Shown here piece after piece: positions 57,905 through 64,000 of a DNA stretch of 64,000 nt. Source of the stretch: Escherichia coli (GTDB taxonomy: Bacteria; Pseudomonadota; Gammaproteobacteria; Enterobacterales; Enterobacteriaceae); assembly GCF_044324785.1 (NCBI RefSeq), contig NZ_CP172127.1. The stretch is one strand, 5' to 3'. The position numbers and the translations under genes are program-made. Every line of letters begins with the position of its first letter. Positions within the stretch are counted from its first letter, which is position 1. Under the pieces are notes generated by a model. It was not told the DNA's origin, did not search any database, and was given only the letters and a program-made list of their open reading frames with translations.

Positions 57905-58615
57905 ATGAAGAAAGGTTTTATGTTGTTTACTTTGTTGGCGGCGTTTTCAGGCTTTGCTCAGGCTGATGACGCGGCAATTCAACAAACGTTAGCCAAAATG
58001 GGCATCAAAAGCAGCGATATTCAGCCTGCGCCCGTAGCGGGCATGAAGACAGTTCTGACTAACAGCGGTGTGTTGTACATCACCGATGATGGTAAACATA
58101 TCATTCAGGGGCCAATGTATGACGTTAGCGGCACGGCTCCGGTCAATGTCACCAATAAGATGCTGTTAAAGCAGTTGAATGCGCTTGAAAAAGAGATGAT
58201 CGTTTATAAAGCGCCTCAGGAAAAACACGTCATCACCGTGTTTACTGATATTACCTGTGGTTACTGCCACAAACTGCATGAGCAAATGGCAGACTACAAC
58301 GCGCTGGGGATCACCGTGCGTTATCTTGCTTTCCCGCGCCAGGGGCTGGACAGCGATGCAGAGAAAGAAATGAAAGCTATCTGGTGTGCGAAAGATAAAA
58401 ACAAAGCGTTTGATGATGTGATGGCCGGTAAAAGCGTCGCACCAGCCAGTTGCGACGTGGATATTGCCGACCATTACGCACTTGGCGTCCAGCTTGGCGT
58501 TAGCGGTACTCCGGCAGTTGTGCTGAGCAATGGCACACTTGTTCCGGGTTACCAGCCGCCGAAAGACATGAAGGAATTCCTCGACGAACACCAAAAAATG
58601 ACCAGCGGTAAATAA
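57905..58615 (+). CDS. dsbC: periplasmic disulfide isomerase DsbC
   Basis: 236-aa ORF with signal peptide and CGYC active site. Confidence 0.96.
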   Translation: MKKGFMLFTLLAAFSGFAQADDAAIQQTLAKMGIKSSDIQPAPVAGMKTVLTNSGVLYITDDGKHIIQGPMYDVSGTAPVNVTNKMLLKQLNALEKEMIVYKAPQEKHVITVFTDITCGYCHKLHEQMADYNALGITVRYLAFPRQGLDSDAEKEMKAIWCAKDKNKAFDDVMAGKSVAPASCDVDIADHYALGVQLGVSGTPAVVLSNGTLVPGYQPPKDMKEFLDEHQKMTSGK

Positions 58616-58620
58616 TTCGC

Positions 58621-60354
58621 GTGAAACAACAGATACAACTTCGTCGCCGTGAAGTCGATGAAACGGCAGACTTGCCCGCGGAATTGCCTCCCTTGCTGCG
58701 CCGTTTATACGCCAGCCGGGGAGTACGCAGTGCGCAGGAACTGGAACGCAGTGTTAAAGGGATGCTGCCCTGGCAGCAACTGAGCGGCGTCGAAAAGGCC
58801 GTTGAGATCCTTTACAACGCCTTTCGCGAAGGAACGCGGATTATTGTGGTCGGTGATTTCGACGCCGACGGTGCCACCAGCACGGCTCTAAGCGTGCTGG
58901 CGATGCGCTCGCTTGGTTGCAGCAATATCGACTACCTGGTTCCAAACCGTTTCGAAGACGGTTACGGCTTAAGCCCGGAAGTGGTCGATCAGGCCCATGC
59001 CCGTGGCGCGCAGTTAATTGTCACGGTGGATAACGGTATTTCCTCCCATGCGGGGGTTGAACACGCTCGCTCGTTGGGCATCCCGGTTATTGTTACCGAT
59101 CACCATTTGCCGGGCGACACATTACCCGCAGCGGAAGCGATCATTAACCCTAACTTGCGCGACTGTAATTTCCCGTCGAAATCACTGGCAGGCGTGGGTG
59201 TGGCGTTTTATCTGATGCTGGCGCTGCGCACCTTTTTGCGCGATCAGGGCTGGTTTGATGAGCGCGGCATCGCAATTCCTAACCTGGCAGAACTGCTGGA
59301 TCTGGTCGCGCTGGGGACAGTGGCGGACGTCGTGCCGCTGGACGCCAATAACCGCATCCTCACCTGGCAGGGGATGAGTCGCATCCGTGCCGGTAAGTGC
59401 CGTCCGGGGATTAAAGCGCTGCTGGAAGTGGCAAATCGCGATGCGCAAAAACTCGCCGCCAGCGATTTAGGTTTTGCGCTGGGGCCACGTCTTAATGCCG
59501 CCGGACGACTGGATGATATGTCCGTTGGTGTGGCGCTGTTGCTGTGCGACAACATCGGCGAAGCGCGCGTGCTGGCAAATGAACTCGATGCGCTAAACCA
59601 GACGCGAAAAGAGATCGAACAAGGAATGCAGGTTGAAGCCCTGACCCTGTGCGAGAAACTGGAGCGCAGCCGTGACACGCTACCCGGTGGGCTGGCAATG
59701 TATCACCCCGAATGGCATCAGGGCGTGGTCGGCATTCTGGCTTCGCGCATTAAAGAGCGTTTTCACCGCCCGGTTATCGCTTTTGCGCCAGCGGGCGACG
59801 GTACGTTAAAAGGTTCTGGTCGCTCGATTCAGGGGCTACACATGCGCGATGCGCTGGAGCGGTTAGACACGCTCTACCCTGGCATGATGCTCAAGTTTGG
59901 CGGTCATGCGATGGCGGCTGGTTTGTCGCTGGAAGAGGATAAATTCGAACTCTTTCAACAACGGTTTGGCGAACTGGTTACTGAGTGGCTGGACCCTTCG
60001 CTATTGCAAGGCGAAGTGGTGTCAGACGGCCCGTTAAGCCCGGCCGAAATGACCATGGAAGTGGCGCAGCTGCTGCGCGATGCTGGCCCGTGGGGGCAGA
60101 TGTTCCCGGAGCCGCTGTTTGACGGTCATTTCCGTCTGCTGCAACAGCGGCTGGTGGGCGAGCGTCATTTGAAGGTGATGGTCGAACCGGTCGGCGGCGG
60201 TCCACTGCTGGATGGTATTGCTTTTAATGTCGATACCGCCCTCTGGCCGGATAACGGCGTGCGCGAAGTGCAACTGGCTTACAAGCTCGATATCAACGAG
60301 TTTCGCGGCAACCGCAGCCTGCAAATTATCATCGACAATATCTGGCCAATTTAG
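58621..60354 (+). CDS. recJ: ssDNA 5'-3' exonuclease RecJ
   Basis: 577-aa ORF from GTG: MKQQIQLRRREVDETADLPAELPPLLRRLYASRGV...; DHH motif. Confidence 0.96.
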   Translation: MKQQIQLRRREVDETADLPAELPPLLRRLYASRGVRSAQELERSVKGMLPWQQLSGVEKAVEILYNAFREGTRIIVVGDFDADGATSTALSVLAMRSLGCSNIDYLVPNRFEDGYGLSPEVVDQAHARGAQLIVTVDNGISSHAGVEHARSLGIPVIVTDHHLPGDTLPAAEAIINPNLRDCNFPSKSLAGVGVAFYLMLALRTFLRDQGWFDERGIAIPNLAELLDLVALGTVADVVPLDANNRILTWQGMSRIRAGKCRPGIKALLEVANRDAQKLAASDLGFALGPRLNAAGRLDDMSVGVALLLCDNIGEARVLANELDALNQTRKEIEQGMQVEALTLCEKLERSRDTLPGGLAMYHPEWHQGVVGILASRIKERFHRPVIAFAPAGDGTLKGSGRSIQGLHMRDALERLDTLYPGMMLKFGGHAMAAGLSLEEDKFELFQQRFGELVTEWLDPSLLQGEVVSDGPLSPAEMTMEVAQLLRDAGPWGQMFPEPLFDGHFRLLQQRLVGERHLKVMVEPVGGGPLLDGIAFNVDTALWPDNGVREVQLAYKLDINEFRGNRSLQIIIDNIWPI

Positions 60355-60444
60355 CGTCATCTTCTCTATAAAAAAGAGCGTGGATTGGGTACAATCCCGC
60401 TCTTATCACCGCATTTTGACTAGCTCAATAAAAGAAATCAGACC

Positions 60445-61543
60445 ATGTTTGAAATTAATCCGGTAAATAATCGCATTCAGGACCTCACGGAACGCTCCGA
60501 CGTTCTTAGGGGGTATCTTTGACTATGACGCCAAGAAAGAGCGTCTGGAAGAAGTAAACGCCGAGCTGGAACAGCCGGATGTCTGGAACGAACCCGAACG
60601 CGCACAGGCGCTGGGTAAAGAGCGTTCCTCCCTCGAAGCCGTTGTCGATACCCTCGACCAAATGAAACAGGGGCTGGAAGATGTTTCTGGTCTGCTGGAA
60701 CTGGCTGTAGAAGCTGACGACGAAGAAACCTTTAACGAAGCCGTTGCTGAACTCGACGCTCTGGAAGAAAAACTGGCGCAGCTTGAGTTCCGCCGTATGT
60801 TCTCTGGCGAATATGACAGCGCCGACTGCTACCTCGATATTCAGGCAGGCTCTGGCGGTACGGAAGCACAGGACTGGGCGAGCATGCTTGAGCGTATGTA
60901 TCTGCGCTGGGCAGAATCGCGTGGTTTCAAAACTGAAATCATCGAAGAGTCGGAAGGTGAAGTGGCGGGTATTAAATCCGTGACGATCAAAATCTCCGGC
61001 GATTACGCTTACGGCTGGCTGCGTACAGAAACTGGCGTTCACCGCCTGGTGCGTAAGAGCCCGTTTGACTCCGGCGGTCGTCGCCACACGTCGTTCAGCT
61101 CTGCGTTTGTTTACCCGGAAGTTGATGATGATATTGATATCGAAATCAACCCGGCGGATCTGCGCATTGACGTTTATCGCGCGTCCGGCGCGGGCGGTCA
61201 GCACGTTAACCGTACCGAATCTGCGGTGCGTATTACTCACATCCCAACTGGGATCGTGACCCAGTGCCAGAACGACCGTTCCCAGCACAAGAACAAAGAC
61301 CAGGCCATGAAGCAGATGAAAGCGAAGCTTTATGAACTGGAGATGCAGAAGAAAAATGCCGAGAAGCAGGCGATGGAAGATAACAAATCCGACATCGGCT
61401 GGGGCAGCCAGATTCGTTCTTATGTCCTTGATGACTCCCGCATTAAAGATCTGCGCACCGGGGTAGAAACCCGCAACACGCAGGCCGTGCTGGACGGCAG
61501 CCTGGATCAATTTATCGAAGCAAGTTTGAAAGCAGGGTTATGA
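60445..61543 (+). CDS. prfB: peptide chain release factor 2, made by programmed +1 frameshift (60445..60519 joined to 60521..61543)
   Basis: Frame 0 [25 protein letters not shown] stops at CTT TGA (60517-60522); the +1 frame continues [12 protein letters not shown]... to 61543 (365 aa); SD-like AGGGGG precedes the shift site. Confidence 0.95.
60507..60523 (+). promoter_or_regulatory. prfB +1 frameshift site
   Basis: cttagggggtatctttgac: internal SD-like element plus slippery CUU UGA C. Confidence 0.9.
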
Positions 61544-61552
61544 GGAACCAAC

Positions 61553-63070
61553 ATGTCTGAACAACACGCACAGGGCGCTGACGCGGTAGTCGATCTTAAC
61601 AATGAACTGAAAACGCGTCGTGAGAAGCTGGCGAACCTGCGCGAGCAGGGGATTGCCTTCCCGAACGATTTCCGTCGCGATCATACCTCTGACCAATTGC
61701 ACGCAGAATTCGACGGTAAAGAGAACGAAGAACTGGAAGCGCTGAACATCGAAGTTGCCGTTGCTGGCCGCATGATGACCCGTCGTATTATGGGTAAAGC
61801 GTCTTTCGTTACCCTGCAGGATGTGGGTGGCCGCATTCAGCTGTACGTTGCCCGTGACGATCTGCCGGAAGGCGTTTACAACGAGCAGTTCAAAAAATGG
61901 GACCTCGGCGATATCCTCGGCGCGAAAGGTAAACTGTTCAAAACCAAAACTGGCGAACTGTCTATCCACTGCACCGAGCTGCGTCTGCTGACCAAAGCAC
62001 TGCGTCCGCTGCCGGATAAATTCCACGGCTTGCAGGATCAGGAAGCGCGCTATCGTCAGCGTTATCTGGATCTCATCTCTAACGATGAATCCCGCAACAC
62101 CTTTAAAGTGCGCTCGCAGATCCTCTCTGGTATTCGCCAGTTCATGGTGAACCGCGGCTTTATGGAAGTTGAAACGCCGATGATGCAGGTGATCCCTGGC
62201 GGTGCCGCTGCGCGTCCGTTCATCACCCACCATAATGCGCTGGATCTCGACATGTACCTGCGTATCGCGCCGGAACTGTACCTCAAGCGTCTGGTGGTCG
62301 GTGGCTTCGAGCGTGTATTCGAAATCAACCGTAACTTCCGTAACGAAGGTATTTCCGTACGTCATAACCCAGAGTTCACCATGATGGAACTCTATATGGC
62401 TTACGCAGATTACAAAGATCTGATCGAGCTGACCGAATCGCTGTTCCGTACTCTGGCACAGGATATTCTCGGTAAGACGGAAGTGACCTACGGCGACGTA
62501 ACGCTGGACTTCGGTAAGCCGTTCGAAAAACTGACCATGCGTGAAGCGATCAAGAAATATCGCCCGGAAACCGACATGGCGGATCTGGACAACTTCGACT
62601 CTGCGAAAGCGATTGCTGAATCTATCGGTATCCACGTTGAGAAGAGCTGGGGTCTGGGCCGTATCGTTACCGAGATCTTCGAAGAAGTGGCAGAAGCACA
62701 TCTGATTCAGCCGACCTTCATTACTGAATATCCGGCAGAAGTTTCTCCGCTGGCGCGTCGTAACGACGTTAACCCGGAAATCACTGACCGCTTTGAGTTC
62801 TTTATCGGTGGTCGTGAAATCGGTAACGGCTTTAGCGAGCTGAATGACGCGGAAGATCAGGCGCAGCGCTTCCTGGATCAGGTTGCCGCGAAAGACGCAG
62901 GTGACGACGAAGCGATGTTCTACGATGAAGATTATGTCACCGCACTGGAACACGGCTTACCGCCGACAGCAGGTCTGGGAATTGGTATCGACCGTATGGT
63001 AATGCTGTTCACCAACAGCCATACCATCCGCGACGTTATTCTGTTCCCGGCGATGCGTCCGGTGAAATAA
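61553..63070 (+). CDS. lysS: lysyl-tRNA synthetase (constitutive)
   Basis: 505-aa [47 protein letters not shown]... Confidence 0.96.
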
Positions 63071-63089
63071 GCATTACGTTATGCTCACA

Positions 63090-63116
63090 ACCCCGGCAAA
63101 TGTCGGGGTTTTTTAT
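63090..63116. terminator. lysS terminator, probably shared with convergent idi
   Basis: ccccggca-aat-gtcgggg followed by ttttttattt. Confidence 0.75.
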
Positions 63117-63661
63117 TTAAGCTGGGCAAATGCAGATAATCGTTTTCTGGCTTCGCGATTTGTCGCCTGCATCACCATCCACGGACTGAACGCCCACGGT
63201 GTGGCATCAATACCGTGTAATACATCTGCTAAATCACACCATTGATAATCCATCACTTCATCATCGTTGATCTGTAACGCACTGGTCGTGCGTGCGGCAA
63301 ATACCGGACACACTTCATTTTCCACAATGCCATTCGGATCGGTGGCGCGGTAGCGAAAGTCAGGATAGACCAGTTCTGGTGCTGTTATTTCCACACCAAG
63401 CTCATAACGGCAACGGCGGATCACCGCGTCTTTGTTGCTTTCTCCCAGTTGTGGGTGCCCACAAACCGAGTTAGTCCACACGCCCGGCCACGCTTTTTTG
63501 CTAAGGGCGCGGCGGGTAACTAATAATTGCCCTTTGGCATTAAACAGCCAACTGGAGAACGCGAGATGTAAGAGAGTGTCTGCCGTGTGTGCGGCATACT
63601 TTTCCAACGTACCCGTGGGAACTCCCTGTGCATTCAATAAAATGACGTGTTCCGTTTGCAT
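63113..63661 (-). CDS. idi: isopentenyl-diphosphate delta-isomerase
   Basis: 182-aa [44 protein letters not shown]...; Nudix-type fold. Confidence 0.95.
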   Translation of the reverse strand: MQTEHVILLNAQGVPTGTLEKYAAHTADTLLHLAFSSWLFNAKGQLLVTRRALSKKAWPGVWTNSVCGHPQLGESNKDAVIRRCRYELGVEITAPELVYPDFRYRATDPNGIVENEVCPVFAARTTSALQINDDEVMDYQWCDLADVLHGIDATPWAFSPWMVMQATNREARKRLSAFAQLK

Positions 63662-63783
63662 AATTTCTCACATGTAATTCTAATCACTCATCATTATAGA
63701 TAATTGAAGAGTGAAATGATTAACCAAGTGAGCGTTTATCGACAACCGCCCGTTTTGAGCGGATGTCGACAGGTAAAAACCAT

Positions 63784-63909
63784 TTAAAAAAGCAGCATCA
63801 TATATTTGAAGCGACTTTCAATGGCCATTGCAACACAGTCAGAAATGACAGGAATAGAGAGAGTAAAAAGCAACAACAGACTGAATATAGCGCGCATTAA
63901 AAGATTCAT
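63784..63909 (-). CDS. yqfG: small hydrophobic protein (41 aa), probably the K-12 small protein YqfG
   Basis: Reverse-strand ATG at 63907-63909 preceded by ggag; translation MNLLMRAIFSLLLLFTLSIPVISDCVAMAIESRFKYMMLLF; below the 60-aa cutoff of the ORF track. Confidence 0.45.
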   Translation of the reverse strand: MNLLMRAIFSLLLLFTLSIPVISDCVAMAIESRFKYMMLLF

Positions 63910-64000
63910 ATTATTCTCCATGCTCATTTTTCTTCAGCTTGCGCATCAGAAGCCACATACGTACTGTCCTGACTTTTAAATCTTTATCAGAGACGGATTC

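Overview
This window is a contiguous stretch of Escherichia coli chromosome, collinear with the K-12 idi-lysS-prfB-recJ ... speA-metK-galP ... yggS-yggT region but given in the opposite orientation to the K-12 map. It is ordinary, densely packed core genome. Nearly every ORF has the same length and N-terminal sequence I recall for the K-12 protein, but all identifications are from memory because no search could be run. Known highlights include the ibsC/sibC type I toxin-antitoxin, 6S RNA upstream of ygfA, the prfB programmed +1 frameshift, the sdhE-cptA pair, the cryptic sbm operon and the cryptic cmt/ygg sugar-alcohol cluster. Three things differ from my recollection of K-12: a 243-aa predicted lipoprotein gene with its own terminator between speA and speB, a 302-aa SPFH/band-7 membrane protein gene plus an AT-rich tract between tktA and cmtB, and no ygfF between gcvP and bglA. 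The two insertions are the best candidates for something under-described, but each is a single gene and I cannot show either is novel. I found no CRISPR array, insertion sequence, prophage, tRNA or rRNA.
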